Positions 15,585 to 33,880 of a stretch of DNA of 64,000 bases are shown one piece after another. The stretch is from the human T2T-CHM13v2.0 reference genome, Homo sapiens. The DNA is taken from NCBI RefSeq assembly GCF_009914755.1, contig NC_060929.1, one strand, 5' to 3'. The notes beneath the pieces are model-generated. The model did no database searches and was not told where the DNA came from. It worked only from the letters and a program-made list of their open reading frames with translations. Position 1 is the first letter of the stretch. Each line of letters opens with the position of its first letter. The translations under genes were made by a program, and so were the position numbers.

Positions 15585-16035
15585 CCAATTATTTATTGTG
15601 AAATAAACCATCTGAAACTTAGTGATATTATAAACCAAGAAGAGTCATCAGTATTACCTATCATGGGTCTGGGGCTCATCTTGGCTTAGCTAGTTGGTTC
15701 TTGCTCAAATTCTTACGTGGTTGCAGTTAGATGGTTGCCAGGGCCATGAGCCAGAGCACCTGCGTGTGACTTCTCGGTAAGACTTGAGTTTCCTTACAGC
15801 AAGTGGCTGGTTTCAGAGGGCAAGTGGATGAAAGGAAAAGGGCAAAAGCCTAAGTGGCAACTGTATTAGCCTTTTTATCCTAGCCTTGGACGTCATGTAG
15901 CATCACTTCTGTTATATTTTGTTTTTAAGAAGCGTGTCACCAAGACCAGCTCTTATTCCAATGACGGGGAAGAGGATTTCACCTCTTGAGGGGAGAAGTG
16001 TAAAAGAATTTGTGGAAAATGTTATACCTACCACA
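15585..16035 (-). mobile_element. MaLR MLT1-type solo LTR
   Basis: aaaccatctgaaacttagtg...catcacttctgttatattttg...aaagaatttgtgg...taccaca. Confidence 0.6.
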
Positions 16036-16409
16036 ACCTCATTCTACAAAATAGTGGCATCTTGTTGGTTAGGGATTAAGTTCTAAAGTCAGTGTAAGTA
16101 GAAGGTATCATGATGGGGAGACCGTTATACATTCTCTGTCCGGCACGGTGAGGATTTTCTATAGGTTCAAGAAAAAGTCACTGTTTCTTCAACTGAATAT
16201 CAAATAAGATATATTTGGCTTGTGTTCACTGCCTTTCTTGTGTGGAAAATATATTTAAGTACTAGAGTAGCATTCAGCAAGGTGCAATTACCAGACTTTG
16301 AGAGGCTCTGTGGAAAAGAAAATTGACATCACTATCAAACTAGTTACAAGACCTACATTTATTGAGTAAAGAAGGAAGGTAGGCAGAATTACTTGCATTA
16401 TTACTTTTA

Positions 16410-16756
<347 letters not shown>

Positions 16757-18461
16757 TAGCTCAATTCATAAATAAGTAGATGAACGAAGCAACTACTTTG
16801 TTTTCCCAAATCTTTGTTTCAAATAAGAAGGGAAATATCGTGATTGAGAGGTCTCTTCCCTTCTTTTAGTAAAAATAATGCAATACCGCGTTTAAGGGCA
16901 TATAAGTGAATGAGAGTTAGTATTGACCTTATGCTACTGTGATATATGTCAATTAAAAAAATGCTAATGTGTCAATTTCGGGAGGATAAAGCAAAAAGAA
17001 AAAAATGCTAATGTGAGAACAAGCATGCCAGCAAGCCATGGTCACCCCACACCCAATAAAACAGGTAAACAGGAAAACACAAAAAGTACCTGTGAGTATG
17101 AATAGTATATATAAAATATTTTCAAAGAAACAAGTTACTCTTATGTATCTTCAATAGAAAGGAAAAACTATTATTTATTCAGCTTATGTATAATTATGTT
17201 TTCTGTTGCTGATTCAGTTACTTTTGGGAAAGGCAGTACAAGTAAAGCCACTCAATATGGCTTTGTGTTGGACATTCGTAGTTTCTTAGAACAGCTAACG
17301 AAAATGTAGCTTTTATGCCCTTTGTTTTTTAACATAAAGAATCTGAGATTGAAGAGGTAGTGTGTTCAGGATTACAGAATGATAAATGGTGGAATCTAGA
17401 CTCAAATGTAAAGCAGTATTATTTCCAAAGCCAGCTACTTTTGTGTTCAGCTATATTGTTTTTGAATTTTCAGTGATTTATTGGTAGGCTTTTTGTTATC
17501 TGGGAATTCCTTCTATTAAAATTATATTGTCAAGTGTTGAAATATGCAGGTTTTAACTAGTTGCATTGACACAGCTTGATTTTGTGTCACTCTAAAACTC
17601 ACCCCCTGCTCCCCCAGGGAGCAAAAACAAATAAAAACCACATATAAACATAGCTTTCTAGGAACAGTAGTTTCAGATACTGCTTCCTAAATTGTTCAAA
17701 TATCTTAGCTTTTCAGTTCTGTTTGTTCCAAGGTGGTCATATATTGTTATTTTTCAATAATCAGATTTAGTTGTTTTGCCATTTTTGTTTAGGGAATTAC
17801 TATTAATTGTTTTTTAATATTAAGCATGATAAACTTCAGATGTTTCTCTTTTTAAAGACCTGGTTTTCGTATATTGAGTGGTTTCACTTTTGTTACCTTG
17901 CCCCAAAGTAATTGAATCAGCAACAGAAGAAAGCATGACATTTTAATTGTCTACGTCAAATTACATAATCTAGTGAAGTATGAAGACTCACTGTTAAATT
18001 ATTAATGACTTTTGTTTATTAAACCAAGCAGTGAAAGAGATGGTATAGGGACATTCCCCTCATATTTTATAAGTCATACTACTGGCTAAATAGTATCAGG
18101 ATTGTTTTTAGCTCTGCATTGCTAACTGAGTGATCTGTCTAAAACTTAAATTAGACTGTGTCCCTCCTTTGCTTTTAAGTCTTAAAAACTGCTGCTTACC
18201 AGTCAAAGTCTATATTACTTAGTATGGTATTTAAAGCTTTTAAGTTCTAGCCCCCTGCTGACTACCCTAACGTCATTCCTATATATTTCAAAGCCTATCC
18301 TACCGAAGTTTGTCTGCTGGCAACACTAACTACTATTTTTCTGTATGTAGAGAGATTCTACACTTTGGTTTATATATTCTATTCTGTCCTATTTGACTGT
18401 TTTCCCTTACCACCAGACTATTTGGTCTCCTTTTTCCCCACATTTGTAACTTTTTATATTC

Positions 18462-18739
18462 TTTTTAAGACGTGCTCTTGCTCTTTTGCTCAGAGTTGAG
18501 TGCAGTCGTGAATCATAGCTCATCGTGGCCTTGAACTCCTGGGCTCAAGCAATCTTCCTGCCTCAGCCTCCCAAGTGTAGCTGGGGCTACAGACGTACAC
18601 CAGCATGCCTGGCTAATTTTATTTTTATTTTTATTTTTAGAGACAGGGTGTTGTTGTGTTGCCCAGGCTGGTCTTAAACTCCTGGCCTCAACTCCTGCCT
18701 CAGCTGGGATTACAGGTGTGAGCCACTGGGCTGGGTGGC
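18462..18739 (-). mobile_element. AluJ
   Basis: Diverged dimer (ctcctgggctcaagc). Confidence 0.85.
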
Positions 18740-20911
18740 TATCATGTTTTATCTAAAATTAGAAACTCCTTGAGGCAGGGACCATTTATCTTTGTATCTT
18801 TAGTGTTCAGCACCTAGTAGTAACTCAGCAAATGTTTGTTTTCTTTCTGACATATTTGTCATATTTGTATTTGTTGTATTTAGCATCAGAAAGCCAAATA
18901 TGGTCATTCAACGTTAATTTGACTGATTCCTTTTGTTATTTTAGTCCAGAATTGCTACCAAAGTGTTTAGGTTTGACCTTTTTGTGCCCAGGAAGTCTAG
19001 TCGTTTTGATGATAAATCTAAATTGGTTGAGGTGTAATGAAAAAGACAACCAGGTGTCTAGAAGTGACTGTGACAATTGCAGATTTATCTTGTTTGTGCA
19101 TGCTGGTTTTTTTTTTTTTCAGTGTTCAAAGCCTGTATTGCATCAGGTTTTCAGGTTTAGATTTCCTAAATTTGGAACACAAAGTTCCCTTTTTAGAAGA
19201 ATAGGTATTGAGCCCTTGAGCGTGGGTAGAAAGATAGAGACAGAGTGATTTGCAAAATAATGGAGGATCATATTTATATATGAATTTTCACTTATTTGAA
19301 CTTTCAGATATCAGCTCAAAAGCTTTGGTATAAGTAAAGTATATTAATGAGACTCCTTGGATGAAAGTAACCAAAACCAGTAAAAATAAGGTAATAAGGA
19401 TGTAATAGTTTCTTATGGACACTCAACAGCTAGAATGCAGTTAGTCTCAGAAAAGAATTAGAACAAATAACTGGAAGGCCATCAGGAGTCCAAAACCATC
19501 ACTCTTTTATATTTTATATTTTATTTTTCTCTCTTCAGATGAGCATTCTCTTTCTATGTCCATATGGTAGAAGGCGGCAGCTCCATAGATTATGGCTTCA
19601 GATGTTACAGTTCCGCTAAATGCAGGGACAGACTTGCTATCTTTCAGTCCCACTTACATATCCTGGGGAGAGAGCAAATGATTGACTGGCTTGAGTCAGG
19701 TGCCCGTTCCCTTTCCAATCTGCTCCATCTAGGAGGGCAGTGTTACCTGGTACCAAAATAGATGTTAGAGGGCCACCCCTTTCAAAAGGGAGAATAGCTC
19801 TCACAACAGGGCTTCTATGTTGTGCAGGTTGCTTATTCCACATGCTGCTTGCCAAGCTGTATGCCTATAAGGGCTGCAGTTTTAAAATTTGTACAAAGGT
19901 GCTTTATGGATTTGTGGTAACCTTTTCTCAGAGAAAGGAGGAGTCATTGTGAATTGGGGGGCTATTCCAAGGGGGTCTGCTATGTCATTTTTGGGGGATA
20001 TTTATTGTCCATCTTAGTATTGCCAGACTCTTAGCATTGAAATATTAGATTGTCTCTCACCCTTGGGCCATGGAGTTTTATTGCAGCAAAAACAAAAATC
20101 CATATGTATATAAGTGTTTTCTCAATAGGTATATTGACAGTGGACTTACTATGATGTGGAGCTTTGACATTTGTGGACCTGCTGCGGTGTCCTTACACTC
20201 ATTGAGAACCATTGATGTTACGCAAATGCTATTAAACTTTGCATCTAAGACTTCTTATTTGTCCTGTGACCTTTGATTATATTTCAACATGCATAAAGTA
20301 CTTTAGAGAGATGGGGAGTGCCATGTATGTGAATGAACTTGGCACTAAGCACCCCATAGTTTCTACAGAAAAATTTAAAGAATATTTGTTACTTAAAATT
20401 AAGTACTTTCAAAATAATGTTTGGTTAAGTAGAAGCTTAAATTTTTGTTTTTCTTCTTTTCCTCTCCATATCTGTTATACTATTTCACTTACAAAATAAA
20501 TCTTCAGCCTTAAGGGATGTTTGGGATAGTTTTACAGGATTATGGATTTTATTCCTAAAATAGATCTGAATGCTACAAAAAGTGAAACTTTTTAAAGATA
20601 AGATTGTCATCAAGTGGTGGTATTTTAAAGCTTTACTTATAAGCGGTAATAATTAACCTTTGAAAATCCTGCTGTAATAAGGTGTTGAGAGTGATCTAGC
20701 TTTCTTTGGAAGGTTTTTGGTGTTCCTAATCATTCCCAGCCTAAATTAACCCCAAGGAAAATGAGAACTTCAACCTGACCTCTCATTGTTTTGCCAATTC
20801 CTACGTTTTTTTCGGTTTCCTTTTGGTTCTTTTATTTCTGTTCCTTCTGTTCAGTTTAGGGGAAAGAATAAACTTATAAAGAAATTCACCTTAAGAAATT
20901 AGGGCCTTGTC

Positions 20912-21293
20912 ACATATACACCATGGAATACTATGCAGCCATAAAAAAGGATGAATTCATGTCCTTTCTAGGAACATGGATGAAGCTGGAAACCAACATT
21001 CTCAGCAAACTACCCCAAGAACAAAAAACCAAACACCACATGTCATAGGTGGGAATTGAACAGTGAGAACACTTGGACACAGGAAGGGGAACATCACACA
21101 CTGGGGCCTGTTGTGGGGTGGGGGGAGCGGGGAGGGAAAGCATTAGGAGATATACCCAATGTAAATGACGAGTTAATGGGTGCAGCACACCAACATGGCA
21201 CATGTATACGTATGTAACAAACTTGCACGTTGGGCACATGTACCCTAGAACTTAAAGTATAATAAAAATAAAATAATAAAATAAATTAAAAAA
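20912..21293 (+). mobile_element. Short 5'-truncated L1PA 3' end
   Basis: catatacaccatggaatactatgcagcc...taccctagaacttaaagtataataaa plus A-rich tail. 19-bp TSD aagaaattagggccttgtc at 20893-20911 and 21294-21312. Confidence 0.95.
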
Positions 21294-21794
21294 AAGAAAT
21301 TAGGGCCTTGTCTCTTCCAGATTAATTTGCATTTTAATAGAGGATGTATGAAGAGGGACCGGAAGAAATAACTAATGGTGGAATTTCATGCACTCTGGCA
21401 CTCACATCTAGGATTCTCAAATCAGGTCATGCTTTTCAACAGGTCTGGTTCAGTTTCTAGGGCAGTAGACACACTGCATAAAAACATTTTATTTATGGTC
21501 ACTTTCATTTAAAATACCACTTAAAGAACCGAAGAAGTAATTAGTGTCTTGAATTGGGTAGGTGGAATGAGGAGTCAGTAGTAAGGCAAAAGGCCTCACC
21601 TGAACAAAGGATTTGATTCAGTAGTAAAGTTGTATAAAGGCAAATTGGGAGTAGATTAAGGAGGTTTGGGGATTAAGAAATGTTTTTTAGGTTTTTAAAG
21701 GGGAAAGGGAGATAGTAAAATAAATGATTTTAAGGAAAAAAATTAGGTGCTGACTAAATAGAATTAGGGAATCAGTTTAGAATCTATTGTGCTA

Positions 21795-22133
<339 letters not shown>

Positions 22134-22868
22134 TTACACTCATTGAGAACCATTGATGTTATGCAAATGCTATTAAACTTTGCGTCTAAGACTTCTTATT
22201 TGTCCTGTGACCTTTGATTATTAGAAAGCAAGCATAGGTTGGTAGTGAGGCAGAGGTAATGCCTATAGAGGCAGTGCTGCTCCTGTATCATACTGGATGG
22301 ATAAAAGCTCACGTCTCATCCTATCTGGAGAGAATTTTCAGAGACCATCTATATGCTTCTTGGGAGGTTTAAGTAGATTGATACCCTGTTATCTTTAGGG
22401 ATGACATTGATAGTTACTACTCCTTATATTGGCTTTTCTTCCATCCCCATCTTAACTCTTCCTGCTCCTGTAGGTCATTCTCTAGACAGACTGCTTTTAC
22501 TCAGGTTCTTACCTCAGCCATTGCTTTTGGGAGAACCCAAACTAAGACAGCAGTCATTAGAGTACTTAGTATTTAAAAGGTAGATAAGAGTTCGGGAATT
22601 GAAACTGGATGATCACCAAAGGTGTGAGTATATATAGAAAAGAAAGCCAAGATATATGTTCTTTGTATCATTAGGAATGTGTTAAGAGGTTGGCATAAAG
22701 AGGAGCAACTAGCAAAGGAAACTGAGGTTTGACCAGTGGTATAGGAAGAAAACTAGGAGGATGTGTGGTGTGATGGAAGCTAAATGAAGAAATCTCGTAA
22801 AGTAAGGGGAAGCGAAGCTACTAAGAAAGCAAGGGGGAGAAGTGAATTTAGATTGTCTATTGAATTTA

Positions 22869-23465
<597 letters not shown>

Positions 23466-24052
23466 TAGATTGTCTATTGAATTTAGATGTTTTAAGAACT
23501 GTTTTTCTTGAAATGATGGGGACAAAAGTGTGATTGGAGTGGATTTAGGAACACTTGATAGAATAATTGAAGTCAGTGCATGTGGACAACTTGTTTGAGG
23601 AATTTTTCTGTAAAAGGCAGCAGAGTAATGGGTTGGTAGCTGTAGAGAGAGATGTGGTTTCAGGAGAGATTCTTTTTTAAGATGAGAGACAAAATATACC
23701 TGCTTGGTATAGCATATTGCTGTGTGTGGTCACAATCAGTTTAGAGTATTTTAGCCTGTTTCTCTTTGTAAGGATAGACTTAATATTCCCCATCATAATT
23801 AGGGTTCTTTCTAGTTAATTTGACTGCCTTTTTCTGTTTCCATTTAGGGCTCCCTAAGTCATGCATAATGAATTCATGGAGGAAAAGAAGTTGTTACAAG
23901 TTACTAGGAGAAACAAAGGTGATTGGGAAGTACTCTGGCATAGACATAAACATGAGGAAGTGAACTGGTGGAATACCTGTGGGGAAATTAATCCTGCTAC
24001 AGGATCGTATCTTATGGGGAAGAGTTTAGAATCCAGTCAAGACTGTATGAGA

Positions 24053-25515
<1,463 letters not shown>

Positions 25516-26674
25516 GAGAAAGCTATTTCTAGGTTGGAAACAATGTCATGATTTAATTTCCCTGTCATATTAAGCAACAGCTTTGTGAATATACATATTT
25601 GTGATCTGTATTGTCACAAATGTCTTTTTGCACACCTTTTATTGACCTATTGTTGAAAATAGCCAAGTCAACTCTATGCTAGGAACAGGTGAAATTTACC
25701 CACAGACTTCCAGTCTTTATTTTATGCAGTTTCACCTTTTCCAAGTATTGCTATGAGCCTATATTGAGCTGTTTCTTTCCTCATTCTCTCCCACCTTTTC
25801 CTTCAGATTATAGAATGGTCTAATGTCAGTTTTTCATGGTTAATTCTGTCTGAGATGTTTGCATTTGTAGTCATATTTCTAATTGTGGAATGAACGACTT
25901 TTTCTGTTGAAAAAAAAATTGAGGCTCTCTTGTTTCCTAAGTTACATCAGTCCTGCTACACTGAGATGGAAGAGGATTCCACAGATTCTTCAACCTTGAT
26001 CTACACTTTATAAAATAGGGCTAGCAAAAATTGGTGGACTCAAGGAAGCCTTAGTGATCTGAATTTCAGAAATAACAAGAGTTCTGTGTAGGTGAATGTG
26101 GCAGTTTGCCCGCCTGGGGGCAGGTGCCTAGTATCAGTATAGGCGGATAATATGGAGAGACATTGAAGGGATAGGATAAAGGCATTCAAGAATTAGGATC
26201 CTTGAATGACAGTGTGGGCTTTAGGGAAGATGTGGGACTCTGACAGAGCCTCAAAGGCAAAAATCAAATAATTAAGCATGATGCTTGGGTCTGTCCCTGT
26301 TACATTTTGCCAAGAAGTCGCAGGAGAGGAGAGGATTGAAAGCATAAAGAAATCATGTAGTCCTGCAAATTCAAGGAGTGCTTGGAATTTGGGACCCTGT
26401 TGGACTTGAATCTGAAGGTAAACTGAACCAAAAAAGTATTTGGAACTGCAACCCAAGCTTCTACTACCTCAGATTTGACAAGATCGAAAAGGTGACTGTG
26501 GGTCGGTGATGGGGAGGTTGGGATTTGGGCTGATTACAGATGAATTGAGTCTAATTAAAGCTGCTGCCAGCTCAAATGGACTCTACTAGAAATCTGAATT
26601 TCCAGCCTTTATCCTGGGAGAAGTAGAAGGACCTTGCACTCCCTGGGAAATAACACTTAAAACAATATTATAGT

Positions 26675-26955
26675 GGGGCGTGGTGGCTTATGCCTGTAAT
26701 CCTAGCACTTTGAGAGGTGGAAGCAGGAGGATTGCTTTAGCCCAGGAGTTCAAGACCAGCCTGGGCAACATAGTGGGACCCTGTCTCCACAAAAAATAAA
26801 AAACTGCTGACTGTGGTGGTGCATGCCTGTAGTCCCAACTATTTGGGAGACTGAGGTTGGGGATTACTTGAACCTGGGAGGTTGAGGCTGCAGTGAGCTG
26901 AGGTTGTGCCAGTGCACTTCAGCCTGGGTGACTGAGACCCTGTCTGGAAAAAAAC
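26675..26955 (+). mobile_element. AluJ
   Basis: Diverged dimer. Confidence 0.88.
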
Positions 26956-27049
26956 CCGCAAACCAAATGAGTAAAAATTATACTGAATTTCTGACTATTA
27001 CCTTACAGTGTCTAGAATATTATAAAATATATGAAACATACAAAGACCT

Positions 27050-29140
<2,091 letters not shown>

Positions 29141-29194
29141 ATTTAAAAATTTTGTTTTAGTTATTTTTAAACAACAAAAAAAAAACAATTGTTT

Positions 29195-29990
29195 TAGGTA
29201 TCTGTTTCTGTGTTAAGAATCTCTCCACCACTTGGCTTAAAACGATAGCAGTTGACTATTTCTCTGAATTATGTGAATCAGCATGTGGTCTTTTATCTCA
29301 GGCTTCTTTGTGGCATTGTATTCTCAGGGCAACATTCAAAGAAGGTAAAGGTGGACTTTGCAAATCATGAGGCATAGGGACTGTCACTTGCCCAACAAAA
29401 CTTATGCTGCATTGAGTTGATGTAAACAAGTCACAAGGCCTGCCCAAATTCATGGGGTTGGGGAAATAGATTCTATGGCATGATTTTAGGTGGTGTAAAA
29501 CATTCTGGCCATGTTTTTCAGTCTACAGTGGTTAAGTCAGAAATAGTGAAATCTGAGATTTTACCCTATTTACAAGCTAAAAAGTTAAGCCTGCCAGAAA
29601 ACAATACCTTTAGATTAGAGACAAAGAGAGATTATTACCACAAAAGCAGTGACTAGAGCAATGTCTTGTGTCAGTTCTTTGAGCCTTAATCTTCACAGGG
29701 TGACATACTGAAAGTCCTGTAGTACCTGCTCATGCAGTAGTGTACGTTACAGGAGAAGAACCCCAAATTGGAAAACCTGATCTTATTTAGGACTACTGGT
29801 AACCTGTCCATCCTCTCCTCTGGAGTATAAGCAAATCTTTTCTGGGGAGGGGAAGGTGGACTCTCTGAATCTTGCTTAGTGTTATTATCCTAGAATGTCT
29901 TTATACAAACACCTTATGTAAATGACATTGCTCAGAGGACCGAGAACATGCAGGAATGTGAAATGTTTATGGAGAATTGTCTTTCAACCC
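29195..29990. mobile_element. MLT1-type LTR with an adjoining ERVL-type LTR (MER77-like, about 29545-29990)
   Basis: ggcttaaaacgatagc...aagtcacaaggcctgcccaaattcatgggg and tctgagattttaccctatttacaagctaa motifs. Confidence 0.5.
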
Positions 29991-30134
29991 AGTGTACTCT
30001 CGATCACAGTAATTTGCCTTCCTCTCATATACAAAATTTGATCACTCTTTTCCAAAAGTCTTATTCCATTAGAGTATGAGGCTTGATGATCTGTCTCATC
30101 AAAATAAGATCTAGATACAGATAAGGATCCTCAA

Positions 30135-30580
30135 AGCCATTTGTAATTAGAAAAATGCAAAATAAAAACCAGATACGGCAATTACATAGGCCAAAATTAA
30201 GAAAGACTGACAGTACCAAGTGTTGGTGAGAATGTAATTGGAATTCTATTTGCTGGGAGTGTTAAATAATAAAACCACTTTGTAAGACAATAGTTTTGAG
30301 TAGAATTAAATTACTTATAGACTATGACTCAGCAGTTTCATTCCCATATATTTACCTATGAGAACAGAAGCATGTGTTCTTATAACGCTTGTACACAAAT
30401 GTACTTTTATTCAGGACAGGCTGTCTTGGTCAGGATGTTGACTGGGAAGGGGCAAGTGTGAACCTTGTAGGGTGATGGAAATGTTCCATGTCTTGATTCC
30501 TGCTGGTTATATGATTGTATTTCTCTACCATCTATACTCTTAGAATGTGTTCATTATGTAAATTGTATCTAAAAATATAA
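30135..30580 (+). mobile_element. Ancient L1 (L1ME-like) 3' end fragment
   Basis: gactgacagtaccaagtgttggtgagaatgt...gggtgatggaaatgttccatgtcttgatt motifs. Confidence 0.65.
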
Positions 30581-31244
30581 AAATGGAAAATTTTGCAAAT
30601 GTAAGGATTCCTTGGTAACTTCAGTGTATATGTCTACCACTTAATTGCACAGTAATACATTTTTAGACATGTTTAGGCTAACTATAGTTTGATATAAAAT
30701 TTTAACACTGTTCATATTGAAATAATACCCAGCTTTCTTCTTGATCAGAATTAGGCTGATGGGACCAGACATTGATGTTGATCTTCTAGTTATAAGTATG
30801 ATCTAGCCATCAACATCTTTTCCTTATTTCTTGTATATGTTGTAGGCATATCACATTTTATATATATTTAGTTTTTGACTGTTGTCCTTATAAATGCTCT
30901 TACACAGCGTTTATAATTTTTTCATTACTTAAGTTCAAAAACTTTTTTTTTACTCTTCTTACCTTCCTATCTTTATTCTTTTTCATATTATTATTTTAAT
31001 TGTTTACTATTTATGTACTTATCAGTAAGGGGTTAATAATGTTCATAAAATGACTTGGAACTAAGCACAAATATACCAAATACAGATTAGCAACATTGTG
31101 ATAACTGTGATTAAACTAAATGATCTTACACAACCACTAAATACCATCTAATAGGTGTGGGCATGCCTGAGGAGGCTTTGTTTTACATTTTTACAAAATG
31201 AAATATTGCACCACATAAGATTGCTCTTAAATCCAGCCGAGTAT

Positions 31245-32374
31245 ACATGTGTGCCTCCAGGCGACCCCAGAGTGCAGCCTTGCCATGGCCTCCAAAGCTT
31301 CTCCGCATCTCAGGGCACCCCCCCCAACTGTCTGTGGATCTGGAGACCTGGCATCTATGAGGATGACAAGGGGAGGACCTGGGTGACTGTGGTTGTGCGC
31401 CTCAGTCCCCTGCACAGAGAAAGGGCCAGGTGCTCAAGCTCCCAGGGCAGCACATATGAACCTAGCATCACAGTGCACATGTGGTAGATGCCAGTGCACA
31501 CCCGGGAACCACTGTCCCCCAGCCAGCTGCCCTTCTCCCACCTGCTTCCCGTGTGGCAGCTCTACCCCAAGAGGAGGTATCAAGCAGCAAATTCCAGTTT
31601 CTGGGAAATAGTGGACCAGATCGTCTCCATGGAGCAGCTGGTCCTAACATATTGGCCGGCAAGGAATAACTGACTCCTCTGGCCTCATGTCTCTTCGGGC
31701 CCCCTCAGTGAGGATCTTTGTGTACTTGCTATTCCGTTTGCACACCCAGCGTGGCCTCCTTGCAGGCAGGAGGCAGTGGGGCCCCTGCCCACTCAGCTTC
31801 TCTCATTTTCTTCACTTATCAGTCTTGTCCTGTTCCACTCAGATCTACACTGAGGGCAGTTGGCCTGGATGGGCTTCACTAGGGGCCCCGTCTGTGCACT
31901 GGGCCCGTTTCCCCTGCTGGCTGCAAGCCATGGGTTCTTTTTCTCCTCTCTGCCCCTCATGCTGACCTTCTAGATGCCACTCCCAAATCCCCTTCACTCC
32001 ATACCCACCAGGCTTCATGCCCACCCAGGCCTCTGGCACCCTCAGTGCAGCCCATGATTGGGAACTCACCATCAGCAGTCAGTGGCTCGGTTTAAGAGAG
32101 GGCCGCAGAGGGAACTGGGTCTGGATGTGGACTTGGATGCCCTGTGGGTATCAGTTCTGCTGACACTTTGGCCTGAAATAGATAAAGTGCTGAGCAAGCA
32201 GTGTATGCTGGAGCCTCAGTAAGTCCATCTGCACAGTGGGGAGCGTGGAGGGATGGGTTTGGCTTATGCTTCTGCTTGTTCAGTCTTTCAGCTCACAGCA
32301 GGATGCTAATCCATGAAGGTGACCTCGCAGTACTGGTTAATTAAGCTTTATTGCTCACTGAAAAAGAAAAAAAA
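31245..32374 (+). pseudogene. Processed pseudogene of TCL1B (T-cell leukemia/lymphoma 1B)
   Basis: Intronless. GCCATGG at 31285 gives MASKAS, then LWIWRPGIYEDDKGRTWVTVVVR...SQGSTYEPSITVHMW*MPVHTRE...VWQLYP...SSFWEI...MEQLVLTY, closely matching TCL1B. There is a +2 frameshift in a C8 run (31318-31325), a premature TAG (31485-31487) and a terminal TGA at 31671-31673. It has a ~690-nt 3'UTR, a poly(A) remnant at 32361-32374 and a degenerate TSD (aaatccagccgagtat / aaatctagccaggtat). Confidence 0.93.
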
Positions 32375-32622
32375 TCTAGCCAGGTATGTCTTGTGATCTC
32401 TTTAGGTAAATAGAAGATGTGCTGTATTTAAAAAAAAAAAAACCTTTATATTGATTTTACTTTTCAATTTTTATAGTAATTCTCAAACTGAGACTTTTGT
32501 CAAAACAATCTCAAGTAGTGGATGGGGAAGGCTAAATAATAGTGGCTATGGTATAGATGAAATAAGATTGACCATGCATTGATTATTGTTGAAACTGTGT
32601 TGGAAAAAGGAATCACATGACA

Positions 32623-32918
32623 TTTTTTTGTTGTTGGCTTGAGACGGAGTCTCGGTCTGTTGCCCAGGCTGGAGTGCAGTGGCGCAATCTTGGCTCACTC
32701 CAGCCTGTGCCTCCCAGGTTCAAGCAATTCTCTCGCCTCAGCCTCTTGAGTACTGGGATTACAGGTGCGCACCACCATGCCCAGTTAATTTTTGTATTTT
32801 TAGTAGAGATGGGGTTTCACCATGTTGGCCAGGCGGTCTTAATCTCCTGACCTTGTGATCCACCTACTTCAGCTTCCCAAAGTGCTGGGATTACAGGCGT
32901 GAGCCACCACGCCCGGCC
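32623..32918 (-). mobile_element. AluS
   Basis: Reverse-complement dimer, TSD-like gacatttt. Confidence 0.9.
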
Positions 32919-33289
32919 CGACATTTTGTTTAAGACAAAGAATTTTGAATTTTATACTGTACCTTTTACTAAATCAGAATCTCTAGGGAGAGGGTATAGT
33001 ATCTGTATTTTTCAAAAATAACGAGTGAATATTAACTAGCTAGTTGCAATTACAGCCAAGATTTGTTTTTCTTCCTCATGAGCAGCTTTTTAAATTGGTG
33101 GCAAAGTTTACTAGGGCAGTCTATGAATGGTTGCCCAAATCCTACTTACGAAAATTATCAATGAGCTCCTCTCTTTCTCTACTAGATTGTTTCTATCTAT
33201 CTGTCTACAAATCTGCTGTTGTATCTCTTCATTCATATTCGGGTCCGGCAACTACTTGATTTTTCTAATGTTTTATATAGCAAAACTAC

Positions 33290-33880
33290 CTGAGTTGTCG
33301 ATTCTAGTTCTTCTGTTCTTTCTTGAATCCCTTCCAAATAGTGTTTTGCCCCACCAACCAGAGGTGGTTTTGTCAAGATAATCAATGACTTTCACATTAA
33401 TACACAGTGGCCATTCTAAGTCCTTATTAACAGAGTTGATAACATCTTCCTCCTTGAAACTTTTTTTTTTTCCGCCTGGCGTTTAGAATATCACACTTTT
33501 TCTCTTGGAGTGGGGTGTTTTCTTTTGCCTCACTTGGCTGCTTCTCTTCAGTGTCCTTTGCTGGTCATCTATAATGTTTTGGGGCTCAGCCATTGAACTT
33601 GTTCTCTTTTTCTGTCTGCCCTCCTGCCCTTGATGATCTCATCTTATTTCATTGCTTTAAATACCATCTATAAGCAGATGACTTTCAGATTTATATCCAC
33701 AGCTTGGATCTCTTCCCACATCTCTGAATGCCTATATCCAGCTGCTTACTCAGTGTCCTACTCAGATATCTTTCAAGTATTTCAAAGTAAAGTTTTTGAA
33801 TACAAACATCTTTCTTCTCTCTGCCTTGCTCCTACCATGGTCTTACTCCATTTCAGTTTAGTGGCAGCTCCGTTCCACCA
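33290..33880 (+). mobile_element. L2 LINE remnant
   Basis: Pyrimidine-rich L2-like motifs (ctttaaataccatctataagcagatgactttcagatttatatcc; atatccagctgcttactcag). Confidence 0.6.

Noticed and set aside
19105-19570. Strong polypyrimidine-AG acceptors at about 19122 and 19538 (possible cryptic 5'UTR exons) and a 138-aa ORF
   Set aside because: No convincing paired donor, and the ORF is low-complexity intronic sequence. Cannot be supported without RNA data.
31155-31487. 110-aa ORF giving the TCL1B-like frame a new N-terminus
   Set aside because: Starts at GTG in flanking DNA and ends at the premature TAG, so only half of the TCL1 fold would be made.
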